DNA of 64,000 nucleotides from Woeseiaceae bacterium (GCA_021773095.1 JAJFKR010000028.1:28905-92904), one strand, 5' to 3'; positions 37,622-47,298 are shown, numbered from the stretch's first letter. The notes: a model not told the origin generated them from the sequence alone. Numbers and translations: made by a program.

Positions 37622-37657
37622 AAAGGCTGTCAGACAACTAATAAAGAGATTAAACAA

Positions 37658-38095
37658 ATGAACGTCAAGAAAGTAAGTCCGCGATTTTTTGTATCCGAAC
37701 AGATCGATCCGCATGACATCGGTGTGGCCGCAGTGCAGGGTATCAAGACGATTATCTGCAATCGACCGGACCATGAAATCGCCGGTCAACCGGAAGCACA
37801 GTCAGTAGCGGATGCTGCAGCGGATCACGGAATCGACTTCATCAACATGCCGGTCGTATCAGGCAAGGTTACAGAGGACAACGTCACCGACTTCGCGGAA
37901 GCGTACAAGACTGTGCAGGGGCCGATACTCGCGTATTGCCGCACAGGAATGAGGAGCACGATGTTGTGGGCATTGACCGAAGCGGAATTGCGTGACGTTA
38001 ATATAATCATGTCGACCGCGATGGATGCAGGTTTTGATCTCAAAGGATTACGACCGAGGCTGGAAGCGCGAGTGAGACAAGCACAGGGCGAATAA
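37658..38095 (+). CDS. TIGR01244/DUF442-type sulfurtransferase (phosphatase-like fold)
   Basis: FFVSEQIDPHDIGVAAVQGIKTIICNRPDHE and the active-site loop AYCRTGMRS. This domain is fused to the MBL domain in Blh proteins. Confidence 0.7.
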   Translation: MNVKKVSPRFFVSEQIDPHDIGVAAVQGIKTIICNRPDHEIAGQPEAQSVADAAADHGIDFINMPVVSGKVTEDNVTDFAEAYKTVQGPILAYCRTGMRSTMLWALTEAELRDVNIIMSTAMDAGFDLKGLRPRLEARVRQAQGE

Positions 38096-38128
38096 ATAGA
38101 AACCAAATGTCGTCGGGCGCCCACACGC

Positions 38129-39106
38129 TTATGTGGTTTGCGGCGTCTTGCCGAGCAAAACGGCCGCGAAGTCTTCAGTATCAATATTTCCGCCGGTCAG
38201 GATTACAGCGACGGATTTACCACGCATTCGATCTTTCTCACACAAAAGAGCGGCTAGTGAAGCGGCACCGGCACCTTCGGCAGTGTTGTGTGTGTCGCGA
38301 AAGTAAATTCGAATCGCCGCGGCGATATCGTCATCGCTGACTGCAACAATACGATCGGCTCCTTTGGAGTAGATTTCAAATGCTTCCTCAACGGGAACGC
38401 GGACCGCAATGCCGTCTGCAAATGTAGCTGCGGACTCTGTTTCCGTGAGTTTCCCGGCTTCGAATGACAGTTTCGCCGTCAGCGCTCTTGTTGAAACGAC
38501 ACCAACCACTTCTGTGCGTAATCCCAGCGCGTCTCGTGCTGCGATGACGCCGCAGATTCCGGATCCGCAACCCACCGGCACGTAAACGGTATCGAGATCG
38601 GCTGCCGCGTTGAATAACTCAAGCGCATAGCTGCCGACGCCGCGTACAAGTTCCCGGTGAAAAGGCGGCACCATGAACAGGTTTTCTTCTGCGGAGAGCC
38701 GTTTCGCTTCGATCCGTGCGTCGTCGAAATCTTCGCCAAACTCGACAACGGTAGCGCCGAAGCCTCGCATTGCTGCATTTTTTTCGGGCGAGTTTCCTCT
38801 CGGAACCAGGATGCGAACCTGTAGTCCGGCAGCGGTGGCCGCTCGCGCCTGGCTCTGGCCGTGGTTGCCTCGTGTGGCTGTGATAATCCCCCAAACTTCG
38901 GGATGCGCGCGCTTCAGCCAGTCCGCAAAAGTAATGCCCCCACGGACCTTGAACGCGCCGGTCGGCGTATGGTTTTCGTGTTTTACCCAGACCGTTGCCC
39001 CAACCATCTCGCAAAGCTGCGGCCAAATGTATTGTGGCGTCGGTGGCATGTGCTCGTACACAAGCTGCGCCGCTTCTTCGAGATCATTCTTGTTGATCGA
39101 TTGCAT
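38129..39106 (-). CDS. Threonine/serine ammonia-lyase (PLP-dependent threonine dehydratase, catabolic-size)
   Basis: VWVKHENHTPTGAFKVRGG (PLP-Lys motif), ATRGNHGQS, VPVGCGSGICG. Confidence 0.85.
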   Translation of the reverse strand: MQSINKNDLEEAAQLVYEHMPPTPQYIWPQLCEMVGATVWVKHENHTPTGAFKVRGGITFADWLKRAHPEVWGIITATRGNHGQSQARAATAAGLQVRILVPRGNSPEKNAAMRGFGATVVEFGEDFDDARIEAKRLSAEENLFMVPPFHRELVRGVGSYALELFNAAADLDTVYVPVGCGSGICGVIAARDALGLRTEVVGVVSTRALTAKLSFEAGKLTETESAATFADGIAVRVPVEEAFEIYSKGADRIVAVSDDDIAAAIRIYFRDTHNTAEGAGAASLAALLCEKDRMRGKSVAVILTGGNIDTEDFAAVLLGKTPQTT

Positions 39107-39205
39107 GGTTATTTCGCACCTTCCCCAGATTTGACCCTAACCTCTCAATGCTGAAAGAGCGAACTTATCGCGACCGAATGTGCGTCGATATTGTAGGATG
39201 CGCGA

Positions 39206-40549
39206 ATGGACCTTACTGCTCACTGGGTTGGGATTGTTGCAATTGCGTTGTTTGTTGCAGCGTACAGTCTCGTCATTACCGAGGAGTTCACGCACCTCCG
39301 CAAATCAAAGCCGGTCATGCTGGCTGCGGGCATTATTTGGGCGCTGGTCGCGTACCAATACGCAGGCTCCGAGCACCCGGATGCAGCTGCGGAAGCTGTT
39401 CACGGATACGTTACCGAGTTCGCACAGTTGTTTTTGTTTCTGCTCGCGGCCATGACTTACGTCAACGCGATGAGCGAACGCAATGTATTCCTGGCACTTC
39501 GACACTGGTTATCACAGCGTTCGTATTCCTATCAAACAATGTTCTGGATTACCGGTGTACTGAGTTTTTTCCTCTCTCCCGTGATCGACAACCTGACGAC
39601 GGCTCTTGTTATGTGCGCGGTAGTGATGGCCATTGGCCAGGGAAATCCGCGCTTTATCGGTATCGCCTGCGTGAATATCGTCGTAGCCGCCAATGCAGGG
39701 GGCGCTTTCAGTCCTTTTGGCGATATTACAACGCTAATGGTCTGGCAGCGCGGGATCATCGGTTTTGGAACGTTCTTCGCGCTGTTCGTCCCAAGTGTGA
39801 TCAATTTTGTAGTTCCCGCCACAATCATGTCGCTTGCGGTGCCAGAGGGCCAACCTGAAAAACCGGGGTCGGATGAATCGTTTGCGATGAAAAGGGGTGC
39901 CAGGCGCATCATGTTGCTTTTCGTCTGCACGATAGCAACGGCTGTCTCGTTCCATAATTTTCTTCACCTGCCACCGTTCCTCGGCATGATGACCGGGTTG
40001 GCCGGGCTCAAGTTCTTCGGCTATTACCTGCGCAGAACGTTTGGCTCGACAACCTTCGATCGCAAGCTCTACGGTGAGATTGGTGATACGTCACCCTTCG
40101 ACAGCTTTCGGGAGGTATCGAGAGTTGAGTGGGACACCTTATTATTCTTCTTTGGCGTCATCATGTGCGTCGGCGGCCTGGGCTTTATAGGCTATCTTGA
40201 TCAAACCTCCGCGTATCTCTACGGCGAGCTTGGTCCGACTATTGCGAATGTGCTGGTCGGAGTGCTCTCCGCTCTGGTCGATAATATTCCTGTGATGGTC
40301 GCCGTTCTGGAGATGAATCCGACGATGAGCGTCCAGCAATGGTTGCTGGTTACGCTAACGGCCGGAGTTGGTGGCAGCCTTCTCTCTATTGGCTCCGCAG
40401 CCGGAATCGCATTGATGGGACAGGCCCGCGGTCACTACACGTTTTTTACACACCTGCGTTGGACGCCGGCGATCGCGCTGGGTTATGGATTGAGTATTTG
40501 GGCCCACATGATAATCAATCGCAGCCTGGATGCGGTAGCGATTGGTTGA
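39206..40549 (+). CDS. nhaD: NhaD-family Na+/H+ antiporter
   Basis: Polytopic 447-aa protein. ITEEFTHLRKSKPVMLAAGIIW, SPVIDNLTTALVM, NAGGAFSPFGDITTLMVW and VDNIPVM resemble NhaD. Confidence 0.8.
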   Translation: MDLTAHWVGIVAIALFVAAYSLVITEEFTHLRKSKPVMLAAGIIWALVAYQYAGSEHPDAAAEAVHGYVTEFAQLFLFLLAAMTYVNAMSERNVFLALRHWLSQRSYSYQTMFWITGVLSFFLSPVIDNLTTALVMCAVVMAIGQGNPRFIGIACVNIVVAANAGGAFSPFGDITTLMVWQRGIIGFGTFFALFVPSVINFVVPATIMSLAVPEGQPEKPGSDESFAMKRGARRIMLLFVCTIATAVSFHNFLHLPPFLGMMTGLAGLKFFGYYLRRTFGSTTFDRKLYGEIGDTSPFDSFREVSRVEWDTLLFFFGVIMCVGGLGFIGYLDQTSAYLYGELGPTIANVLVGVLSALVDNIPVMVAVLEMNPTMSVQQWLLVTLTAGVGGSLLSIGSAAGIALMGQARGHYTFFTHLRWTPAIALGYGLSIWAHMIINRSLDAVAIG

Positions 40550-40654
40550 TCGGTGCAGCTTGTCCGGGGTGGCGTCCGTACCGAAGGATTATTCGCCGTC
40601 GCGACTCTAAGCTTATGGAGGTACCCCCCATAACCTCCACGAAGGAATCGATGC

Positions 40655-41272
40655 TTGAATGACACGACTCCGCAAGTAGTGCAAGACCGGTCACTGGCCG
40701 CCCAAGTGGCGGCTGGTGATCGCGGAGCATTTGACGCTTTCTTCAAGGAATATTTCCCGCGTCTTTTTCGCTTCACTCTCACGAGAGTCGACAACAATGA
40801 GGAGATCGCGGAGGAAATCGTGCAGCGAACAATGTGTATCGTTGTACGGAAAATGGGCAGTTATCGTGGCGAGGCACTGCTCTTTACCTGGCTTTGCCAA
40901 ATCTGCCGAAATGAGGCAAATGCAGTATTTCGTCAGCGAAAAATGGAAATTCGCGAAGACATACGCATCGAGGATCACCCCGCGGTTCAGGCAGCACTTG
41001 AGTCCGTTGCTGCGGACGATGGTCGGCCGGAATCAGCAAGGCGTCGCGAAGAAATTGCGAATTTTGTGCGCGTCACGCTTGAACATTTACCCGGTAAATA
41101 CGCGCAGGCACTTGAGCTGAAATATGTTCAGGGTTGCAGCGTGAAGGAAATAGCTGCCAGCCTTAATGTTGGCGAGAAGGCGGCAGAGTCCATCCTGAGC
41201 CGATCACGAGCGGCGTTCAAGGAACGCTTTCGAGCGATTTGGGATATCGAACCGAATTTTATTGTGGACTGA
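40655..41272 (+). CDS. ECF-type RNA polymerase sigma-70 factor
   Basis: Region 2 FDAFFKEYFPRLFRFTL and region 4 ALELKYVQGCSVKEIAASLNVGEKAAESILSRSR. Followed by a FecR-like gene. Confidence 0.85.
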   Translation: MNDTTPQVVQDRSLAAQVAAGDRGAFDAFFKEYFPRLFRFTLTRVDNNEEIAEEIVQRTMCIVVRKMGSYRGEALLFTWLCQICRNEANAVFRQRKMEIREDIRIEDHPAVQAALESVAADDGRPESARRREEIANFVRVTLEHLPGKYAQALELKYVQGCSVKEIAASLNVGEKAAESILSRSRAAFKERFRAIWDIEPNFIVD

Positions 41273-41273
41273 C

Positions 41274-42299
41274 ATGACGAACGACGACGACAAGATCGAG
41301 GAAACGGCAGAGGACGATGCTTCACTTGCCAATCTCATGAAGCTGGCGGGCGAGCGTCCTGAGATTTCGTTGAGTGTGGAGTCGCGGGTCTATCACCAGG
41401 TGCAGGAAGAATGGCGAAAGAGCACCGTGCAGCCGAATTCCGACAAGGTTTACAGAAATGTTCGCAAATCCTGGCGCCGTAATGCGTTGCGTGGCGCAAT
41501 GTTTCGCTGGATGGCTCCCGCAGGCGTTGCTGCCACGGTCGTGATTGCAACGATCTTAATATCTTCACCGGAGCCGGTGCCACTAAGGGTGGCGGCGACT
41601 GTGTCGCACGTCGTTGGGCCCGGTTCGAGTTTCTTGAAAGGGATGCCTGTTCACGAAGGTGAGATTATATCCACCGGACCCGATGAAGGATTGAGTTTGC
41701 TACTTGCACGCAGTGAATCTTTGCGAATTGATGAAAATACCCGGATTCGGCTCGATGCCGCAGATCGATTTACGCTGCTTGGCGGGCGTATTTACGCGGA
41801 TACGGGACAATTCGTATACCGCGATGGCGGCTTGCAGATCGATACAGAGTTTGGCGTTGTCACCGATGTCGGAACGCAATTTTCAGTGGCAGCGGGTGCC
41901 GAATTACTGGATATTGCGGTGCGTGAGGGGCGTGTCGATGTGCAGAACAAAGCAGAAACATTCGCCGCAAGAATGGGTGAGCGTCTGACCCTTTCGCAAG
42001 GTGAGGGTGCCTCTGTGTCAGCTCTTGATACGCACGATGTCTACTGGGACTGGGTCGTTGACCTGACACCGGCGTTCGACATGAGCAACAAATCGCTACT
42101 CGACTTTCTAAAATGGGCAGCCAGAGAAACAGGCAGAGAACTGCAGTTCGAAAACAACGAATCGCGAATGTTTGCGATGCGAACGGACGTGCACGGGACT
42201 ACTGAAGGGTTAACACCGGATGAGGCGCTCGAAGCCATACTGGCGACTACCACCGTTAATTATCGTATCGAAGTCGACAAGATCATTATCGAAATCTAG
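41274..42299 (+). CDS. FecR-family anti-sigma factor / transmembrane sensor
   Basis: Single TM (VAATVVIATILI). The FecR-type periplasmic domain has the pattern RIDENTRIRLD...VVTDVGTQFSV...VREGRVDV. ATG 41274 lies 1 nt after the sigma stop. Confidence 0.8.
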   Translation: MTNDDDKIEETAEDDASLANLMKLAGERPEISLSVESRVYHQVQEEWRKSTVQPNSDKVYRNVRKSWRRNALRGAMFRWMAPAGVAATVVIATILISSPEPVPLRVAATVSHVVGPGSSFLKGMPVHEGEIISTGPDEGLSLLLARSESLRIDENTRIRLDAADRFTLLGGRIYADTGQFVYRDGGLQIDTEFGVVTDVGTQFSVAAGAELLDIAVREGRVDVQNKAETFAARMGERLTLSQGEGASVSALDTHDVYWDWVVDLTPAFDMSNKSLLDFLKWAARETGRELQFENNESRMFAMRTDVHGTTEGLTPDEALEAILATTTVNYRIEVDKIIIEI

Positions 42300-42362
42300 T
42301 TCAAAACGGCATAGGCAAAATCCGTCGTTGGCGAACCCGAGGCATTGCACTAGTATTCTCGG

Positions 42363-44636
42363 ATGTGTCGCTTCAACCGCTTCGCCTGGATGCTGTTATT
42401 GGTTTGCTGTCTCGGTGAATCATTTGCGGCTGATGTTGTTTGGCAGGGGCGCCCTGTCTCTGAATTTCTGCAGAGCCTGAACGATGCGGGTTACCAGATC
42501 ATATACAGCAGCGATGTTGTAAAAGCCGATTTGCTGATTCTCAATGAGCCAGACCTTTCAGCCGGGCTTGCGGGCCTCGAGCCAATACTCTCAGCCCACG
42601 GTCTCGTGCTGGAGGACGGCCCCGCCAACTCCTGGCTGGTCCGAAAAACACCACAGCCCGGTGGTCGCCAGGCAGTTACCGCTCGCCACGTGCAGGTCGC
42701 CCTCCCTGAGGTCATAGTGACATCCAGTCTTCACCGGCTTGAATACAAGCAGTCGGGAACTCATACCTATCTCGATCGTGAGCTTGCGACGCGAATACCG
42801 GCCGCGGCCGAAGAGGCTGTTCGCATTACGACTCGACTTCCCGGAACGGCCAGCGGTGGAATATCAACTCGAAATCATGTCCGCGGTGGCGAAGCCAACG
42901 AGGTTTTGTTCCTTCTCGACGGGCATCGCCTTTATGAGCCCTATCATCTGAAAGACTTTCAGTCCGTAGCGACTATCGTCAACTCAGGCGCGATCGATGG
43001 CATCGACTATTACACGGGTGCCTATCCGGCCCGTTTCGGCGACCGCATGAGTGGCGTCATAAACATGAGCCTGCGAAAGCCACAGAAGGTGATTGAAACT
43101 GAATTATCTTTGAGCTTTTTCAATACCTCCGCCTTATCACTCGGGACGTTTGGCGATCGCGGTCAGGGTGACTGGTTGTTTGCCGCGCGGCGCGGGAACC
43201 TGGATATTATCGCCGACGTCATCGATCCGGAGGTCGGCAGCCCTGCTTATAATGATATTTTCCTGCACGGGGGATGGGAGCTCGGTCCCCGCACACAGAT
43301 CAGCGCGAGCGTGCTGGCTTCAAACGATAAGCTGGCACTCGCTGACGTTGATCGTGGCGAAACCGCGAGAGCGGATTACAGAAACCGGGTTCTATGGCTG
43401 ACCTGGCGCGCTCTGTGGAGCGATCGCCTGCGCAGTGAGACCGTTCTGTCTGTCAGTGAGATATCCAATCGCAGGTCCGGAACCCTGGCATTGCCGCAGA
43501 TCGTCAGCGGCACACTGGATGAATCACGGGAATTCGACACGTTCGGATTCAAGCAGGACTGGACATACGTTGCGTCGCAGAAATGGATGCTTAGTTTCGG
43601 TGTTGATGGCAAGCATCAGGACGCGAAGTACCGTTTCTCATCGACAAAGACCGTCGTGGCTCCGTTTGACCAGATTCTGGACAACGCTCCGCTGCAAGTA
43701 AGGGATTTTGATCGGGTGCCAGAGGGCGCCCAATACAGCGCGTATTTGGAGGCGCGCTGGCAGGCACGCCAAAATCTGATTGTCGATATTGGGCTGCGCT
43801 GGGATCAGCAAACTTACACAACAGCCGAGAATGATGCTCAAACCAGTCCACGCTTGAGCCTGCTCTATCAAATGGGTGAGCGTACTGAGGTTCGATTGGG
43901 GTGGGGCCAATACTCGCAGGCACAGGAGATCAACGAACTGCAAGTCAGCGACGGAGTTGGCCTCTTCTTTCCGGCACAACGTGCAGAACACGTTGTTGCA
44001 AACCTGAAGCATCGTTTTGGCAGCGATATCAATGTCGATGTTTCCTACTACCGCAAGAGTTTCCGTAGTGTCAGACCGCGGTTTGAGAACGCTTTTAATT
44101 CCTTGACCCTGCTGCCCGAATTGCAGTTCGATCGCTATCGGATCGACCCGATTTCAGCCGAGGCGAAGGGGGCGGAACTGGTGGTGTCGGAAGGCGACGC
44201 GAGTGAAAGATTGTTCTGGTGGTTCGGCTACGCCTGGTCGGTGGTGCGCGACAAGACCCTGGATCGAAAAATCGCACGGAATTGGGACCAGACTCATACG
44301 GTCAAAGCAGGTCTGAGCTGGCGATGGGGACGATGGGACTTTAGCGCTGCCGGTGAGGTTCATACCGGCTGGCCGAAAACCGAGTTGATCGACCTCAATC
44401 TGAATTCGTCCCGATATTCTGTTTTCCATACACTGGATACGCGTATCAGTCGGGAATTCGCGGTGCGTCGCGGGGAGTTGACCGTTTTTTTGGAAGTTTC
44501 CAATCTCTACGATCGCGATAATCCGTGCTGCACTGAATATTCGGTGATCAATACGGTTGCCGGGCCTGAACTCACCGGCAGGGAAGCGTCCTGGTTGCCA
44601 CTGGTGCCATCATTAGGGGTCGTTTGGCGTTTCTAA
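42363..44636 (+). CDS. TonB-dependent receptor with an N-terminal STN signalling domain (FecA-type transducer)
   Basis: Signal peptide, STN-like RPVSEFLQSLNDAGYQIIYSSDVV, plug EVIVTSS...RLPGTASGG...RGGEANEVLFLLDG, barrel ending SLGVVWRF. Confidence 0.85.
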   Translation: MCRFNRFAWMLLLVCCLGESFAADVVWQGRPVSEFLQSLNDAGYQIIYSSDVVKADLLILNEPDLSAGLAGLEPILSAHGLVLEDGPANSWLVRKTPQPGGRQAVTARHVQVALPEVIVTSSLHRLEYKQSGTHTYLDRELATRIPAAAEEAVRITTRLPGTASGGISTRNHVRGGEANEVLFLLDGHRLYEPYHLKDFQSVATIVNSGAIDGIDYYTGAYPARFGDRMSGVINMSLRKPQKVIETELSLSFFNTSALSLGTFGDRGQGDWLFAARRGNLDIIADVIDPEVGSPAYNDIFLHGGWELGPRTQISASVLASNDKLALADVDRGETARADYRNRVLWLTWRALWSDRLRSETVLSVSEISNRRSGTLALPQIVSGTLDESREFDTFGFKQDWTYVASQKWMLSFGVDGKHQDAKYRFSSTKTVVAPFDQILDNAPLQVRDFDRVPEGAQYSAYLEARWQARQNLIVDIGLRWDQQTYTTAENDAQTSPRLSLLYQMGERTEVRLGWGQYSQAQEINELQVSDGVGLFFPAQRAEHVVANLKHRFGSDINVDVSYYRKSFRSVRPRFENAFNSLTLLPELQFDRYRIDPISAEAKGAELVVSEGDASERLFWWFGYAWSVVRDKTLDRKIARNWDQTHTVKAGLSWRWGRWDFSAAGEVHTGWPKTELIDLNLNSSRYSVFHTLDTRISREFAVRRGELTVFLEVSNLYDRDNPCCTEYSVINTVAGPELTGREASWLPLVPSLGVVWRF

Positions 44637-44734
44637 AAAAGCGGTCTTCCTGATAAAGATCGAAGGATTTTCAGACCCAGGTTATCTAACCCCTGTTGCT
44701 ACGCATTTGCGTAGAGAATCGGAGTTGGATTTTG

Positions 44735-45223
44735 ATGAGAGTAACCAGGCCCCCTAGAACGACCGACATCATTCGTCTGGGTATTGCAGCGACCTTTTTC
44801 GCGATATTGCTGGTGGTCATTCCCGTTGCCGCCAACGCCGCTGGAACGCTGAATCTGGATGAATACCGTGGAAAGGTTGTCGTTTTGGATTTCTGGGCCT
44901 CCTGGTGTGTACCTTGCCGACGTTCATTCCCGTGGATGAACGAGATGCAACAAAAGTACGGCGAGGACGGGCTGGTCATCATCGCGGTCAATCTGGATAA
45001 CGAGGCATCGGATGCGGGCAGGTTTTTGCGGCAGTACCCGGCGGAATTTTCGATTTCTTATGACCCTGATCGTCAACTCGTCCGACAGTACTCGGTTGAG
45101 GCGATGCCCAGCTCATTTCTGATCGATCGTGACGGCTCTGTTATCGAACGTCACCTGGGTTTCAAGTCCGGTAAGACCAGTGAATATGAGGCGGCAATCA
45201 TCGCTGCTTTGCGCTCTGACTGA
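44735..45223 (+). CDS. TlpA-family periplasmic thiol:disulfide reductase
   Basis: N-terminal anchor or signal sequence, YRGKVVVLDFWASWCVPCRRSFP active site, EAMPSSFLIDRDG. ATG 44735 has GGAG 10 nt upstream. The longer ORF starts at 44696. Confidence 0.8.
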   Translation: MRVTRPPRTTDIIRLGIAATFFAILLVVIPVAANAAGTLNLDEYRGKVVVLDFWASWCVPCRRSFPWMNEMQQKYGEDGLVIIAVNLDNEASDAGRFLRQYPAEFSISYDPDRQLVRQYSVEAMPSSFLIDRDGSVIERHLGFKSGKTSEYEAAIIAALRSD

Positions 45224-45244
45224 ATACATTTTGGGGGTTAATTT

Positions 45245-45457
45245 ATGAAGATTGTTTTTGTGATTGGAGGTTTGTTGTTAACCGCAGGCTGCTCATCAAT
45301 GGGAGTCGAGCCGTGGGATCGCGATGTGCTTGCGAAAGACGAGATGCAGTTAACCACCGACGCTCTCGAAGCGGCGACTGATGACCATATTTATTTTAGT
45401 AAGGAAGCATCGAGCGGCGGTCGTGGTTTTGGTGGCGGTGGCTGTGGCTGTAATTAG
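45245..45457 (+). CDS. DUF4266 family lipoprotein
   Basis: Lipobox LLLTAGCSS. PWDRDVLAKDEMQL. Gly-rich C-terminus ending GGGGCGCN, which is characteristic of DUF4266. Confidence 0.75.
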   Translation: MKIVFVIGGLLLTAGCSSMGVEPWDRDVLAKDEMQLTTDALEAATDDHIYFSKEASSGGRGFGGGGCGCN

Positions 45458-45467
45458 GGGAAGTTTC

Positions 45468-46781
45468 ATGAGCAAGGAAAGCAACAAGAACATATCGGCG
45501 ACGCTGGCAACTGCAACCTGTGCGCTCCTGGGCGGCACGATCGCGCAGCCTGTGCAGGCACAGGAAGAGCCGGGATGGGACTTCAACACATCGCTGTTGT
45601 ATTACGGTGAAGATGAAGATCGAATTCAGAATCTGAGCGTCTCCATTTTGGCAAGACGCACATTTCAGGACGACCGTTTCATGACATTGGGATTGACGGT
45701 CGATGGCTTGACAGGCGCATCACCTAACGGTGGTCTGCAACAGAACACACCGCAAACGTTTACCCAGCCATCCGGAAACAATGTGTTTACTGCGGCGGCC
45801 GGCACTTTGCCGATCGACGATACTTTCCGGGACACGCGTGTCGCTATTAATGCGAGCTGGCAGCAGCCACTGGGTCGTTTGTACAATCTTGGCGTTGGCG
45901 CGAGCGCATCCAACGAGTTTGACTACTTGCACCTTGGGGTAAACGCGAAGATTTCGCGGGACTTCAATCAGCGCAATACGACCGTCTCGGCCGGTCTTGC
46001 GTTTTCGTCGGACACGATTGATCCGGAGGGCGGTGCGCCTTCACCGCTATCTTCAATGCTGAATGTCGGTGACCTGAGTAATCGAATGGGCGAGCAGGAC
46101 AAAGACATTGTCGATGTGGTGCTGGGCATAACGCAGGTCGTTTCAAGAAATCTTGTTGTGCAGGCGAATTACTCGTTCAGTGATTCATCGGGCTATCTGA
46201 GTGACCCCTACAAAATCGTTGCGATTGTTGACGGGGTTACGGGCGATGTTGTACCGCGCACCCTGGCGCCCGGAATAACAGGGCCGTCGCACGAGTATGT
46301 CTTCGATAGCAGGCCCGACAGCAGAACCAAGCACAGCTTCTACAATCAGGCGAAGTACTATATGGGCGGCAAGGTGCTGGATGCATCGTATCGTTACATG
46401 ACGGATGACTGGGATATTGATTCGCATACGCTGGACTTGAGACTTCGATGGCCCATAAGCGACAAAAGCTATCTCGAACCGCATGTACGCTACTACACGC
46501 AAACTGAGGCTGAGTTCTACCAGGTTGGCCTTGTCAACGGGTCGCCGTTGCCGGCCTATGCATCCAACGATTACCGGCTCGGTGAATTCGACGCGATTAC
46601 GGTCGGGCTGAAGTACGGCTGGAAATTGAGGAATGGCAACGACATGAGCGTACGGCTGGAGCTGTATCAACAACGTGGAAGCATTCCCGCGGACCGGCTT
46701 ATTGGTAACCAGAGCGGGATTGTCGAATACCCGGATCTGGACGCGATCGTGTTTCAGTTCAGCTACAAATTCGGCGGCTAA
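45468..46781 (+). CDS. DUF3570 domain-containing protein (predicted outer-membrane beta-barrel)
   Basis: Signal peptide ...AQPVQAQEE, then WDFNTSLLYYGEDEDRIQ typical of DUF3570. Alternating beta-strand pattern and terminal FSYKFGG. The longer ORF from 45381 overlaps the DUF4266 gene. Confidence 0.75.
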   Translation: MSKESNKNISATLATATCALLGGTIAQPVQAQEEPGWDFNTSLLYYGEDEDRIQNLSVSILARRTFQDDRFMTLGLTVDGLTGASPNGGLQQNTPQTFTQPSGNNVFTAAAGTLPIDDTFRDTRVAINASWQQPLGRLYNLGVGASASNEFDYLHLGVNAKISRDFNQRNTTVSAGLAFSSDTIDPEGGAPSPLSSMLNVGDLSNRMGEQDKDIVDVVLGITQVVSRNLVVQANYSFSDSSGYLSDPYKIVAIVDGVTGDVVPRTLAPGITGPSHEYVFDSRPDSRTKHSFYNQAKYYMGGKVLDASYRYMTDDWDIDSHTLDLRLRWPISDKSYLEPHVRYYTQTEAEFYQVGLVNGSPLPAYASNDYRLGEFDAITVGLKYGWKLRNGNDMSVRLELYQQRGSIPADRLIGNQSGIVEYPDLDAIVFQFSYKFGG

Positions 46782-46785
46782 AAAG

Positions 46786-47298
46786 CTAGCGACGCGCTTC
46801 CCACTGATCGATAGGGTTTAGCGGGCCTACTGGACAATAGTGTTCTTTGGTTGGTATGCCGCTTATTCTTGAGTACAGGTCATGAAGCGCCCGCATTTCG
46901 CAGCCGGGCGTTCCGATCAGGGCGGCCAGTAGAAACGAGATGCCCAGGTGTCCGTACAGATACAACTCCCAGACCCAAATCGAGCGTGCGAGCCTGTCAG
47001 GGGCCAGAACCGCTATAGCCAGCAATGTTGCGGCGCTGATCAGTACCGGCCATTTTTTCCATGTGCGTGAAAAGCCGATGTTGACGATATAGCTGATCAG
47101 GAACAAACCGGGCAATATTCCGTTCCAGATGGTTTCTCTAATATCGCCCTGCCGGTCAACCAGATCACTCTGCACTCCAAGCAGCTCCGACACGTACCAG
47201 ACGCACAACAAGCCTAATGCGAGCCGTGTGACTCGACCGACCGGACCAGGTTTGGGCAGGGTTCCAGGTTCATCGAGCTTGAGGTCGGTCGTAGCCAC
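46786..47298 (-). CDS. 4-TM membrane protein with a C-terminal Cys motif (GTPGCEMRA...HYCPVGP); last gene of the mer-like operon
   Basis: GTG start overlaps the upstream stop (TAGTG). Four hydrophobic segments and two conserved-looking Cys residues in the C-terminal tail. I could not name a family with confidence. Confidence 0.6.
   Translation of the reverse strand: MATTDLKLDEPGTLPKPGPVGRVTRLALGLLCVWYVSELLGVQSDLVDRQGDIRETIWNGILPGLFLISYIVNIGFSRTWKKWPVLISAATLLAIAVLAPDRLARSIWVWELYLYGHLGISFLLAALIGTPGCEMRALHDLYSRISGIPTKEHYCPVGPLNPIDQWEARR

Noticed and set aside
39148-39858. 236-aa ORF overlapping the NhaD gene on the same strand
   Set aside because: It is in a different frame from a clearly NhaD-like polytopic protein, and its translation is Cys/Arg-rich with no membrane or domain features.
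40614-40640. Hairpin TGGAGGT-N10-ACCTCCA after nhaD as a terminator
   Set aside because: It has a perfect 7-bp stem but no following U-tract, and it lies just upstream of the ECF sigma gene. That is insufficient to call it a terminator or regulatory element.
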